Positions 50,994 to 60,611 of a stretch of 64,000 bases of DNA are shown piece after piece (position 1 is the stretch's first letter; every line of letters starts with the position of its first letter). This DNA is from Thermoanaerobaculia bacterium (GTDB taxonomy: Bacteria; Acidobacteriota; Thermoanaerobaculia; Gp7-AA8): assembly GCA_036375135.1 (NCBI GenBank), contig DASUSL010000242.1, forward strand, positions 6,388 to 70,387, given 5' to 3'. The notes under the pieces are model-generated. The model worked only from the letters and a program-made list of their open reading frames with translations. It did not search any database and had not been told where the DNA came from. A program made the position numbers and the translations under genes.

Positions 50994-53900
50994 TAGAACG
51001 CGTAGCCGAGGCTCACGAAGTACTGCCAGCTGTCGTCGTACCAGCGGCGGCTGAACGGGCGCGCGACGTCGATGCGCACCGGCCCCACCGGCGACAGATA
51101 GCGGAAGCCGAAGCCGGCGCCGTACTTCAGGTTGTCGAAGTCGATGTGGTGCGTGCGGTAGACGTTGCCCACGTCGACGAACACCGCGCCGCCGAGGCTG
51201 GAGACGATCGGGAAGCGGTACTCCGCGTTGAAGAGCAGCAGCCCGCTGCCGCCGCGCGGCAGGATCGGCCCGTAGCTGAGGATCTTGCCCGTCACCTCGT
51301 CGCGGGTCACCGGCTGGTAGAGCGTCGGCTCGCACCCGTCGGTCATCTCCAGATCGACGTAGCCGTCATCGGGCGACGTGCGGCATAGCTCGCCGAGGCG
51401 ATCGAGTCCGAAGCCGCGGTGCGTCGTCTCGCCGCCGGCGGTGAAGCGCTCCGAGAGCGGGATGTCGGAGGCGTTGTCTCCGCCGTGCGGCTGAATCAGG
51501 CCGAGGCGGCCCGACAGCGCCACCACCGTGCGCGACGACACGGGGATGTACCACGCCCCCTGCACGTACTCCTTGAAGAACTTCGCCTTGGCGGAGAAGA
51601 GCTCGAACGCGTACTCGAGCGACGCGCTGGCGAAGAAGCCGCGGTGCGGGTCGATGATGTCGTCGCGCGTGTCCCAGAAGAACGTCGGCGAGATCGACGA
51701 GATCTGGATGTCGAGCAGCGCGCGGTCGAAGTCCTCGACCGGCAATCCCTTCCTGATGTCGTCGCAGAGCAGTCCCTTTTCGAGGCACTCGGAGATCTTG
51801 TACTCGTAACGCAGCGACCAGCGCGTGCGCTGTCGCGCGACTTTGCTGGCCTCGATCGAGAGACCGCGCTGGCGGATCGGCGTGCCGCGCCGCGTGGCGT
51901 CGTCGCTCTGGAAGATCTGCACCTGCAGCGGCACGTCCCAGCGGCTGAGGAACGGCTCGCGGTAGGTGAGGAACGCCTCCTGTTCCTCCGAGCTCCCGAC
52001 CAGCTCGAGACCGAGGTAGCGCCCCGTGCCGAAGAGATTGCGATGCGCCACCGCGGCGGTGACGCGCTCGTGCACCTCCATGCCGGCCCCCGCCTTCTGT
52101 CCCCGCTCGGCGCGCAGACCGACCGACCCCGCCAGCGTGAGGTTCTTTCCTTCCTCCACCTGGATGACCACGTCGCGATCCGACACCGACGTCCCCGCCT
52201 GCTCCGGCTGGATCTCCACGCGCTGGAAGATGCCGAGGCGGTACAGCTCGCGCTGCGCTTCGAGCATGCGCGTGTAGCTGAACGGATCGCCGGGGTCGAG
52301 GTCGGAGCGGCGGAGGATGACGTCGCGATCGGTGTACGTGTTGCCGCGCACGATCACTTCATCGACGTCGACGTGCGGTCCCTCGGCGATCGCATACGTG
52401 AGCGTGGCCGAGGTCTTGTCGGCGCTCGTGTCGACGCGCGGCGTGACCTGCACTTCGGTGTGGCCGGCGTTCGCGTAGTACGACTGCAGCGCGACGACGT
52501 CCTCGTGCACGAGCTGCGGGTTCAGCGGCTGGCCGGCCTCGAGCTGCGGCCGCGGCGCGTCAGGATGATGCGCGGCATCCATCCCCTCGATGCTCACCTT
52601 CGCGACCAGCGTCTGCGGCCCCTCGGTGATCGGGAACTCCACGGACATCGTCCCCACCGCGTCGTTCAGCTTCACCACCGGCTCGCCGACCGTCGCCTCG
52701 GAGAAGCCCTGCAGGCGATAGAACGACTCCAGCGCGTCGCGGTCGTCGTCGACCTGCTCGCGCGTGACGCCGGTGGGGCGGCGGAAGATCGTCGACACGA
52801 GGCTGCGGATGCCGCCGCTCGGCGACGTGGCCACGACCGGCTGCAGCTCCTTGTCGCGCATCTTCGCGTTGCCGGTGAACGCGACGTCCGTGAGCTTGTA
52901 GCGCGGCCCGGCGGTGACGTGGAACGTCGTCGTCCAGACGTTGTTCTCCAGCGAGCTCTCCGTGTCGACCGCGGCGGAGTAGTGCCCCCGCTGCTGCAGT
53001 CCCTGCACGATGTTGTTCGCCGCCTGCTCGACCGCGTCTTCGCTGTACTCCTGGTTGCGCGCGAACGGCAGCCAGCGCCGCACCGCGCGGCGGTCGATTC
53101 CTTCGACCTTCACCTCCACGGTCGGGCCGACGGCCACGCGGTAGCGCAGCAGCACGGCCTTCGACGCCGGGTCGTAGGTGTGGCCGAGGAAGTCGACGTC
53201 GGCGCGGCGGTACTGGCGGCGCACGAGGAAATTGCGGATGCGGTTCGCGTCTTCGCGCGCCTCGCCGAGCTGGAACACCGCGCCGGGCTTGTCGCGCATC
53301 CGCTCGATCAGCTCCGCCGGTTTGAACGGCGCCGTGTTCCCTTCGAGGATCACGTCCGCGACTTTCGCCTGCACTCCCGGGGTCACGTGCAGCGTCACGT
53401 CGGCCATGCTGCGCAGGCGGTCGAAGGTCGTCTCCGGATCGACGGTGGCCTCGAGGTAGCCGTAGCGGCGCAGCAGCTCCTGCACCGCTGCAGCGCTGTC
53501 GTCGACGGCGTCGAGGGAGAGGACCTCGCCGTTGCGCACGGTCAGCTCGCGGAGCGCGCGGCCGCGGTCGCGGCGCGGGATGCCGGCCAGCTCGATCTCG
53601 TCGACGCGGTAGTTGAGGAAGAGCGCGAAGGTGAGCACCACGCCGCCTTCGCCGTTCGTCGCGTCGACGCGCACGTCGCGGAAGTTGCCCGTGGCGAAGA
53701 GGTTCTTGATCGACGACTGCAGCTCGCGGATCGACACCGGCTGGCCGGGGCGCAGCGTGACTTCGTTCGCCATCGCGGTGGTGTCGAAGCGCGCGTCGGC
53801 GCGGAAGTCGATGCGCGCGATGGGCGTGCCGTCCGCGGCGCGCGTGTTGACGGTGGTGACGGCGGGCAGTGGGGCGCGGACTTCAGCCTGCGTGTCGTCC

Positions 53901-56900
53901 TGGCGGGCTGAAGCCCGCCCCACATCGGTCATCGTCGCCGATGTTGCGAACTCCTCGGCGGCCTCGCGGGAGGTGAACCGCCAGTGTGCGTCGTAGCGCC
54001 GGCGGAAGCGCGCGTCGAGCCGGTACTCGTCCGCCTCGTCGCGCGTGAGCTGCAGCGTCCAGTCGCGGTTGACGAGCCACTCCAGCACCTGGCGGCTCTG
54101 CTGGTTGTCGAGGTTGTACACGAGCAGGAAGCGGATGTCGTTCGATAGCCGCTTCTCGAACGAGACCTTCGTCCCCGCGCCGCCGCTGGCGTCGAGCGTG
54201 CCGGGATCGACGGAGAACGAGTCGACGAACGGGAAGACGCGCGAGCCGAGGAGCGAGCCGAGGCTCTGGTAGAGCAGCGACGTGCCCATCATGCCGAGGC
54301 CGCCCGCCTGCGCGGTGCCGGGCGTGCTGGTGCCGCCGCCGAAGCCTCCGAAGCCGAGGATGGAGAAGAGCGTGATGTCCGACGCCGGCGGATCGCTGGT
54401 GATCGTCGGCGAGATGCGGTCCAGCGTCCCGGTGACGTTCACCGTCACCTCGTACGGTCCCGCCTCGGTCTCGCTGCCGAAGCCCGACACGGTCCCTTCG
54501 ATGGTCACGTCGAAGAACGGGTCGATACGGAACGGGTTCTGGAACGCGATCGTGCCGCGCGCGACGCGGTAGTCGACGTTCTGGATGCGGACCGTGCCTC
54601 CTTCGTCGAGCACGACCTCGCCGAGGATCACCGGGTTGGCCACGGTGCCGGTCACGTCGAGATCCGCGGTGCCGGTGACGTCGGCGATGTTGTTGCGGAT
54701 GGCCAGCGTGCCGGGCGCGTTCAGATGGATGCGCAGGCTGACGCGGTCCTGCCACGTCGCCGCAGCCGCGGGAAGCACGCGCGTGCGCGACAGCAGCGCG
54801 TTGAGCAGTGCCTGCTGGATGTCGAAGTCGCGGAAGTAGAGCGCACGCGTGACGTCGACGTCGCCCGTCAGTTGCGCGCTCTCCATGTCGCCGGTGAGGA
54901 GCAGCGTGAAGTTCCCCTCGACGGTCACGCCCTCGTACGCGCGCAGCGAGACCTGTGTTCCCTGCAGCGTGATGCGCGCGCGCTGCGGCTTCATCCCGTC
55001 CAGCGTGATGAAGCCGCCGGCGACGACCTGGCCGCCGCCGACCGTCGCGCGCAGCGACTCGATGTCGATGCGGTCCGTGCCGAAGCGCAGCCGCCCGTTG
55101 ATGTCGTCGATGAGCTGCGGGAAGCCGGCGAAGCGCACTTCCGCGTCGACGAGATCCGCCGTCCCGAGCAGCGCCGGCGCGGTCAGCGTGCCGCCGACGT
55201 CGAGCGCTACGTCCATCTGTCCTTCCGCGCGCACGTCCGGCACGAAGAGCTGCAGCAGCGCCGCCTCGATGCGGCCGCGCACGTCGACGTCCAGCCGCTT
55301 CGCACCGGCGATCTCCGCGAAGCCGGCCACGGTGAACGACGAATTCGCGCCCTGCAGCGCGAAGGAGTCGAAGGTCAGACGCCCGTCGCGCAGCGTGAGG
55401 CGCAGCGGCGCAGGCGTGGTGAAGGCCTGTTCCGCGAACTTCAGATTGAACGTGGGGAACGTCGCCTCGACGACCAGCGCCTCCATCGGCGTGAGTCGTC
55501 CGCCGAGCTTCAGGTCGACGACCAGGTTGCCCGCCACCGGCAGCGACGCCGTCGTTGGCGAGATGGCCGCGGCGCGGGCGAGGTCGTTCACGACGATGCG
55601 CACCGTGCCGTCGACGGCCATGTTCTCGCCGACCGCACCTTCCCCTTCAATGGTGACGATGTCCGCCACCGAGCCGCGCACGATCAGCCGTCCGTTGCGG
55701 ATGGCCACGTAGAGCGACGGCGGCGCGCTGCCGGCCGGCAGATTGAGTCCGCGCAGCGTGGCGTTCTCCAGTGTCGCCTCGAGCACGAGCTCCGGCTGCT
55801 CGAACGTCCCCGCGCCGGTGGAGCGCAGCACGACGTTGCCGCCGAGGAGGTCGGCGATCCCTTTCGCGATCTGCAGCTTCGACGGATCGATGCGGCTCGA
55901 CTCGATCGTGTAGCTGAAGCGCTTGGCGTTGAGATCGACTTCCGCTTCGCCGCGGATCTCTCCCGCCTCCGCCTGCACGAGCACGTTCGTCGCGCGCATG
56001 CGTCCCTCGGTGAAGACGATGTCGGCCGACGCGAGCTGCACCGGCTCGCCCATGATCGCCCCTTCGCGCACGGTGACGCGGCCGCTCCCTTCGAGCGCTT
56101 CCTTGCGGCCGGCGAGCTTCAGCGTGCCGGTGAGCTTGCCGGTGACGGGGATGTCGGCGAAGTCGAGGAACGCGGCGATGTCGGTGACGGGAAAGTTCGT
56201 CGCGGCGATGTCGAGATCGAAGGCGACGTTCCCCTCGCCCGGCAGCCAGTTCAGCGTGCCGTTCAGTGCGAGCGTCGCATCGGCACGGCGGATGGTCGTG
56301 TTGACGAACGTCGCGCGGCCGTTCTCCGGCGTGCCGGCGATGATCATCTTCCCGGTGGCCAGTCCCTCGCCGATCTTCAGGTCGAGGCCGACCGCGTCGA
56401 TGGCGCGTTGCGCGGGATAGCCGTTCGCCTCGACGGCGATGTCGAATTGCGGGCCGCCGCTTTCCGGGAAGCCGATGGTGCCGTTCAGCGCAAGGCGGCC
56501 GTTGCCGTCGACGAACGTGGCGCGCTCGAAGACGAGCGCGGATCGGTCGCCGTCGTAGCGCAGGTCGATGTTCGCGTCGCCGAGGAGCACCTCGTTGTAG
56601 CGCGCGGCGGTGGCGACGATGTTCGCCGCGACCTGCGGCTTCTCGATCGGGCCGCGCACCGTGCCGCTGATCGTGCCCGCGCCGCCGAGTCCGAGCAGCT
56701 CGTAGTCGGTCTTGTCCGCGGCGTGCGCGAAGTTGTAGCCGATGCGATCGAGCTCGCCGAGGTCCTGCGTGCGGATGTTCATGCGCAGGTCGGTGACCAC
56801 GCCTTCGATCTTCAGCGTGCCGGTGAGGCTGACGTGCGACTGGTCGGTGTCGAGCTCCGCGCGGCGGAAGCGCACCACGCCGCGGTCGAGCGCGAAGTCG

Positions 56901-58270
56901 GTGCTGCCGGCGAGGCCGACCGGATAGCGCGCGTCGGAGAATGCGATGGTGCTTTTCGCCAGACGCGCCGTTCCCTCGCCCGCGCCGTCGAGCACTTTGT
57001 CCTTGTTCCAGCGGTAGGTGAGGTTGCCGGTGGCGGCGCCGCGCAGTCCGGTGTTCTCGATCCCCCAGTCGGCGAACAGCGGCTCGATGCCGATGTTGTA
57101 GTAGCGGAGGTCGACCTTCATCGGATACGGGTCGGCGTACTTCGCGAGCGCGTAGTCCGCGCCGATGGTGCCGCCGCCGTAAGTGGCGCGGTCGACGCGC
57201 ACGGTGAGGTTCTGGCCGGTGATGGCGAGCTGGCCGCGCGCCTCGCCGAGCTCGTACGCGTCGGCGACGAGCTTCGGCGAGCTCCAGCCGCCGGCCATCT
57301 CGAAGTCGCCCGCCTTGCCGCGCAGGCGCGTGTCGAGTGCGAGCGTTCCTTCCAGCGTCTGCTGCACGCGGAAGATTTCCTTGATGCGCGCGAGCGTGAG
57401 ATTCGAGCGCACGCGCAGGTCGTACTGCGCCTCGGTCAGCGGATCGAGCTTGCCCGAGATGTAGGCCTCGATGCCGCGCCCCTGCAGCGCCACCGAGTCG
57501 AGCGCCAGCACGCCCGGCGTGTAGCGGAAGCCGCCGCGCATGGTCACGTCGAACGGCACGTAGTCCTGGATGCGCATGCGCACGAGCGGGCTGGTCATGG
57601 TCCCCTCGTACTTGCCTTCGGCGCGCGTGACCTGGAGCGTGGAGTCGATCTTCTGCGCCAGCGCCGCGATGTCGTGCTTGCGGTCGTTGAAGCCGAACGC
57701 GCCGCCGGTGATGTACATCTTGTCGAAGTCGAAGTGGACGATCTGGAACTTCCAGCGCCGCGGCGGCGAGGCCTTCCACTTCGGGAAGTTGTGCCGCCCG
57801 TCGGGGAAGATCTCGAACCAGAGGAAGGGATCGCGGATGTCGATGCGATCGACCTTCACCCGGCGGCCCCAGAACGACTGCACACCGCCGATGATCTCGA
57901 TCTGCCGCACCACCGCGAACTGCGGCGCCACGGCGCCCGGCGCGTTCGCGATGCGCACGTCGTTGAGGATGATTTTCTGCGGGCGCGTGCGGACGAATTG
58001 GAAGCTGCCGATCGTCACCTCGCGGCCGAGACGGTCTTCGAGCGTCGTCTCGATCGACTTCGCGACGTAGCCTTCGAAGGTCGAAGTGCCGAGGGACCAC
58101 CAGCCGACGCCGAGGACCAGGAAGAGCAGCGCGAAGCCGATGACGAAGACCCACAGGAGCACCTTGAGACAGCCCCACATCGGCCCCTTGCGCTGCCGCT
58201 CGCGCGCGGAGCGGTGGTGGCCCCGCGCGGGCGGAGGCAGGAGCGGATCTGCCGGGTCGTTGACGTTCAT
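50993..58270 (-). CDS. TamB-like (AsmA/DUF490-type) protein fused in frame to an Omp85 (BamA/TamA-like) POTRA + beta-barrel protein
   Basis: 2425 aa. It has an N-terminal TM and a long beta-rich TamB-like region ending in a DUF490-like segment (VSFEKRLSNDIRFLLVYN...DWTLQLTR...YRLDARFRRRY). Then come about 5 POTRA repeats and a surface-antigen barrel ending ...FVSLGYAF. Confidence 0.8.
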   Translation of the reverse strand: MNVNDPADPLLPPPARGHHRSARERQRKGPMWGCLKVLLWVFVIGFALLFLVLGVGWWSLGTSTFEGYVAKSIETTLEDRLGREVTIGSFQFVRTRPQKIILNDVRIANAPGAVAPQFAVVRQIEIIGGVQSFWGRRVKVDRIDIRDPFLWFEIFPDGRHNFPKWKASPPRRWKFQIVHFDFDKMYITGGAFGFNDRKHDIAALAQKIDSTLQVTRAEGKYEGTMTSPLVRMRIQDYVPFDVTMRGGFRYTPGVLALDSVALQGRGIEAYISGKLDPLTEAQYDLRVRSNLTLARIKEIFRVQQTLEGTLALDTRLRGKAGDFEMAGGWSSPKLVADAYELGEARGQLAITGQNLTVRVDRATYGGGTIGADYALAKYADPYPMKVDLRYYNIGIEPLFADWGIENTGLRGAATGNLTYRWNKDKVLDGAGEGTARLAKSTIAFSDARYPVGLAGSTDFALDRGVVRFRRAELDTDQSHVSLTGTLKIEGVVTDLRMNIRTQDLGELDRIGYNFAHAADKTDYELLGLGGAGTISGTVRGPIEKPQVAANIVATAARYNEVLLGDANIDLRYDGDRSALVFERATFVDGNGRLALNGTIGFPESGGPQFDIAVEANGYPAQRAIDAVGLDLKIGEGLATGKMIIAGTPENGRATFVNTTIRRADATLALNGTLNWLPGEGNVAFDLDIAATNFPVTDIAAFLDFADIPVTGKLTGTLKLAGRKEALEGSGRVTVREGAIMGEPVQLASADIVFTEGRMRATNVLVQAEAGEIRGEAEVDLNAKRFSYTIESSRIDPSKLQIAKGIADLLGGNVVLRSTGAGTFEQPELVLEATLENATLRGLNLPAGSAPPSLYVAIRNGRLIVRGSVADIVTIEGEGAVGENMAVDGTVRIVVNDLARAAAISPTTASLPVAGNLVVDLKLGGRLTPMEALVVEATFPTFNLKFAEQAFTTPAPLRLTLRDGRLTFDSFALQGANSSFTVAGFAEIAGAKRLDVDVRGRIEAALLQLFVPDVRAEGQMDVALDVGGTLTAPALLGTADLVDAEVRFAGFPQLIDDINGRLRFGTDRIDIESLRATVGGGQVVAGGFITLDGMKPQRARITLQGTQVSLRAYEGVTVEGNFTLLLTGDMESAQLTGDVDVTRALYFRDFDIQQALLNALLSRTRVLPAAAATWQDRVSLRIHLNAPGTLAIRNNIADVTGTADLDVTGTVANPVILGEVVLDEGGTVRIQNVDYRVARGTIAFQNPFRIDPFFDVTIEGTVSGFGSETEAGPYEVTVNVTGTLDRISPTITSDPPASDITLFSILGFGGFGGGTSTPGTAQAGGLGMMGTSLLYQSLGSLLGSRVFPFVDSFSVDPGTLDASGGAGTKVSFEKRLSNDIRFLLVYNLDNQQSRQVLEWLVNRDWTLQLTRDEADEYRLDARFRRRYDAHWRFTSREAAEEFATSATMTDVGRASARQDDTQAEVRAPLPAVTTVNTRAADGTPIARIDFRADARFDTTAMANEVTLRPGQPVSIRELQSSIKNLFATGNFRDVRVDATNGEGGVVLTFALFLNYRVDEIELAGIPRRDRGRALRELTVRNGEVLSLDAVDDSAAAVQELLRRYGYLEATVDPETTFDRLRSMADVTLHVTPGVQAKVADVILEGNTAPFKPAELIERMRDKPGAVFQLGEAREDANRIRNFLVRRQYRRADVDFLGHTYDPASKAVLLRYRVAVGPTVEVKVEGIDRRAVRRWLPFARNQEYSEDAVEQAANNIVQGLQQRGHYSAAVDTESSLENNVWTTTFHVTAGPRYKLTDVAFTGNAKMRDKELQPVVATSPSGGIRSLVSTIFRRPTGVTREQVDDDRDALESFYRLQGFSEATVGEPVVKLNDAVGTMSVEFPITEGPQTLVAKVSIEGMDAAHHPDAPRPQLEAGQPLNPQLVHEDVVALQSYYANAGHTEVQVTPRVDTSADKTSATLTYAIAEGPHVDVDEVIVRGNTYTDRDVILRRSDLDPGDPFSYTRMLEAQRELYRLGIFQRVEIQPEQAGTSVSDRDVVIQVEEGKNLTLAGSVGLRAERGQKAGAGMEVHERVTAAVAHRNLFGTGRYLGLELVGSSEEQEAFLTYREPFLSRWDVPLQVQIFQSDDATRRGTPIRQRGLSIEASKVARQRTRWSLRYEYKISECLEKGLLCDDIRKGLPVEDFDRALLDIQISSISPTFFWDTRDDIIDPHRGFFASASLEYAFELFSAKAKFFKEYVQGAWYIPVSSRTVVALSGRLGLIQPHGGDNASDIPLSERFTAGGETTHRGFGLDRLGELCRTSPDDGYVDLEMTDGCEPTLYQPVTRDEVTGKILSYGPILPRGGSGLLLFNAEYRFPIVSSLGGAVFVDVGNVYRTHHIDFDNLKYGAGFGFRYLSPVGPVRIDVARPFSRRWYDDSWQYFVSLGYAF
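53876..53925. repeat. family-A element at the TamB/Omp85 junction
   Basis: The reverse strand reads ATGTGGGGCGGGCTTCAGCCCGCCAGGACGACACGCAGGCTGAAGTCCGC, translated as VGRASARQDDTQAEVR. Confidence 0.8.
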
Positions 58271-58304
58271 CGGGTCGAGGAGCGGTTACCGTGGCGCCTG
58301 CTTG

Positions 58305-59372
58305 CTAAACACAAGCCACGAAGAAGAGGTCCCGAAGGTTGTTCCCCGTCGGCGCAATCATAATCGGCTCACCGATTTGCGCCGCAACCGGGAACGAGTT
58401 CGATTCTTCATGTGGAGCGGGCTTCAGCCCGCCCCTCAAATGAATCCCCGCGGCCCCGCTGTTCCCATCCACGCCGTCGGAGGATCCGAACAGCGCCTCG
58501 CACGGCGAAAGCGCGGCAAAGCGCACCGCCAGCTCGCTGCAGCGTCCTCCGCGTCCGTTCCCGCGCACGACCACCGTCGGCTCTCCTCCCGCCACCAGCA
58601 CCTGACCTTTCCGCAGCTCGCGCGCCCGCGCCGCGAGCATCGCCGCAGCGTCCAACTCATCGCACTCGACCTGCTCTTCGAGCACGACCGCGTTGTCACC
58701 GATGATTGACGCCGCGGTGCGCACGAGAGTGCGGTTGTCGGCGATGAGCACGCTTTCGGAGCCGGGGATGGTGGGCCCGCTCGCCACGTCGTGCAGCGCG
58801 CCCGTCGACACGTCGGAGTAAACCAGCGTGACCGCGCGGCCCTGGACTCGCCGGGCGAGCTTGCCCCCCTTGATCGCGGAGATGCTGCGCCGGACCGCGT
58901 TGATCTCCCCGATCGGTTTCCCCGATGCGATCAGCTCCGCATTGATGCGAATCGCTTCGCCCTCATCGACGAGCGGCACCTCCACACAAGCCGACCCGCC
59001 ACCGGAGATCAGGAAAAGAATGTCCTCATGCGCATCGACGTATCGCAGCAGCTCGCGCCCGGCAATGAAACTCTCCCGCGTGTAATGCGGATGCCCCCCA
59101 ACAAACGTGTGGAACGCAGGTTGGGCTTCAGCCCGACCCCCCGGGTATCCGCGCGGCACGACCACAAACGCACTCTCCACGGGATGCACGGCCACGACAC
59201 CATCCAGCAATGAGCCCGCACACTTCCCGATCGCCACCACGTGCCGCGGCAGGTCCGGCGTGACGTGCTGCCGGACCAGAAGCTCCGGCGCACAAAGCTC
59301 CAGCGTTGTGAGGTACGTCGCTTTGAGGTCCACCTTCCCGCGATTATCCTCGTCCCCGTGCGCCGCACGCAT
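58305..59372 (-). CDS. glycerate 2-kinase / hydroxypyruvate reductase-like (DUF4147 + MOFRL) protein
   Basis: It has VVAIGKCAGSL, GGHPH, LISGGGSA and GGEPTVVVRGNGRGGRCSE...SDGVDG...APTGNNLRDL. Confidence 0.72.
   Translation of the reverse strand: MRAAHGDEDNRGKVDLKATYLTTLELCAPELLVRQHVTPDLPRHVVAIGKCAGSLLDGVVAVHPVESAFVVVPRGYPGGRAEAQPAFHTFVGGHPHYTRESFIAGRELLRYVDAHEDILFLISGGGSACVEVPLVDEGEAIRINAELIASGKPIGEINAVRRSISAIKGGKLARRVQGRAVTLVYSDVSTGALHDVASGPTIPGSESVLIADNRTLVRTAASIIGDNAVVLEEQVECDELDAAAMLAARARELRKGQVLVAGGEPTVVVRGNGRGGRCSELAVRFAALSPCEALFGSSDGVDGNSGAAGIHLRGGLKPAPHEESNSFPVAAQIGEPIMIAPTGNNLRDLFFVACV
58410..58435. repeat. family-A hairpin inside the glycerate-kinase-like CDS
   Basis: ATGTGGAGCGGGCTTCAGCCCGCCCC, read on the minus strand as RGGLKPAPH. 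Confidence 0.75.
59119..59138. repeat. family-A hairpin inside the glycerate-kinase-like CDS
   Basis: GGTTGGGCTTCAGCCCGACC, read on the minus strand as GRAEAQP. Confidence 0.7.
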
Positions 59373-60611
59373 CTCCGCTCGCGCGTCCTGCTCCTCACCG
59401 GCGCATTCACGCTCGCGCTCTTCGCCATCGCCTTCGGCCTGAGCTGGCGCGCGCGCCTGGCGCAGCAGCGCTGGACGCGCCTCATCGACACGGAGACGCG
59501 CGCCGTGGCCACGCTCGAAGAACTGATCCGCGCGCAGAACGGCTTCCGCACGCGCTACCTGGCCGGCATCGATACGCCCGACCGCTACCGCCTCGTCACG
59601 CAGCTCCTCACCGACGAGTCGCTGACCCGCATCGACCTCGGCGTCCTCCGCGGACGCGTCAACGCGTTCCGCACCATCGTCGAAGAGCCGGCGCCTCCCG
59701 TCGAAGACGTGCAGTCGACGTCGTCCGCCATCATCGCCGAGGCGCAGCAGATCATCGCCGCGCGCAAGCGCGAGATCGCCCGCCAGCTTCCCGAGCTCGA
59801 GCGCGAGACGTCGTCGATGATGTCCACCGGCCTGGCCATTGCCTGGATCGTCGCGCTCCTCGGCTTCGCCGCGGTGCAGACGTCATTGCGCAAAGTGGTC
59901 CGCCCGATCGAAGAGCTTTCCGCCGCCGCGGACCGCGTGGCCGCGGGCGACCTCACCGCGCGCGCCCCCGTCGCCGGCGACCACGAGATCGCCACGCTCG
60001 GCGTTGCGTTCAACCGCATGGCCGACGAGCTGAAGGCCCGCGCGCGCACGGACGACCTCACCGCGCTGCCGAACTTCCGCGCCTTCCGCGAGCGCATCGA
60101 CGCGGAGCTCGAGCGCGCCGACCGCTACCCGGAACGCTTCGGCGTGCTGGTCCTCGATCTCGACCGCTTCAAGAAATACAACGACACGTACGGCCACCTC
60201 GCCGGCAACGAGGCGCTGCGCCGCGTCTCGCAGTCGATCCGCGAGACGGTGCGCGCGGTCGACTTTCCCGCGCGCTACGGCGGCGAGGAGTTCGCCGTGA
60301 TCGTGCCGCAAGTCGACGCCGCGGCGCTGACCATCATCGCGGAGCGCATCCGCGCGAACATCGAGAAGCTCCCCGCGCCGCCCGACGGCTCGCCGGTGAC
60401 GGTGAGCATCGGCGGCGCGCTCTATCCCGACGACGGCGCGGACCGCGAGGCGCTCTTCCGCACCGCCGACGAGCGTCTCTACGCGGCCAAGGAAGCGGGA
60501 CGCAACCGCGTCGTCATTGCTGGCACTGCGCCGTCGCCATCCGCCGTCCCGCCGGATCCAGCGCTCCGTCGATCTGGTAGCGCCGCACGCCGCTCCGCGG
60601 CGCGGCCATGA
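59358..60611 (+). CDS. membrane HAMP + GGDEF diguanylate cyclase
   Basis: It lies in the frame of ORF 59241..60611, with GTG 59358 preferred (ATG 59241 is possible). It has two TM segments, a HAMP domain and the active-site RYGGEEFAV. Confidence 0.82.
   Translation: MRRTHLRSRVLLLTGAFTLALFAIAFGLSWRARLAQQRWTRLIDTETRAVATLEELIRAQNGFRTRYLAGIDTPDRYRLVTQLLTDESLTRIDLGVLRGRVNAFRTIVEEPAPPVEDVQSTSSAIIAEAQQIIAARKREIARQLPELERETSSMMSTGLAIAWIVALLGFAAVQTSLRKVVRPIEELSAAADRVAAGDLTARAPVAGDHEIATLGVAFNRMADELKARARTDDLTALPNFRAFRERIDAELERADRYPERFGVLVLDLDRFKKYNDTYGHLAGNEALRRVSQSIRETVRAVDFPARYGGEEFAVIVPQVDAAALTIIAERIRANIEKLPAPPDGSPVTVSIGGALYPDDGADREALFRTADERLYAAKEAGRNRVVIAGTAPSPSAVPPDPALRRSGSAARRSAARP

Noticed and set aside
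51419-58363. 830-aa and 1212-aa plus-strand ORFs (51419..53911, 54725..58363) and the 843-aa minus-strand ORF 55647..58178
   Set aside because: All overlap the TamB/Omp85 gene in antisense or shifted frames and have extreme Arg/Ala/Asp/His composition without motifs.
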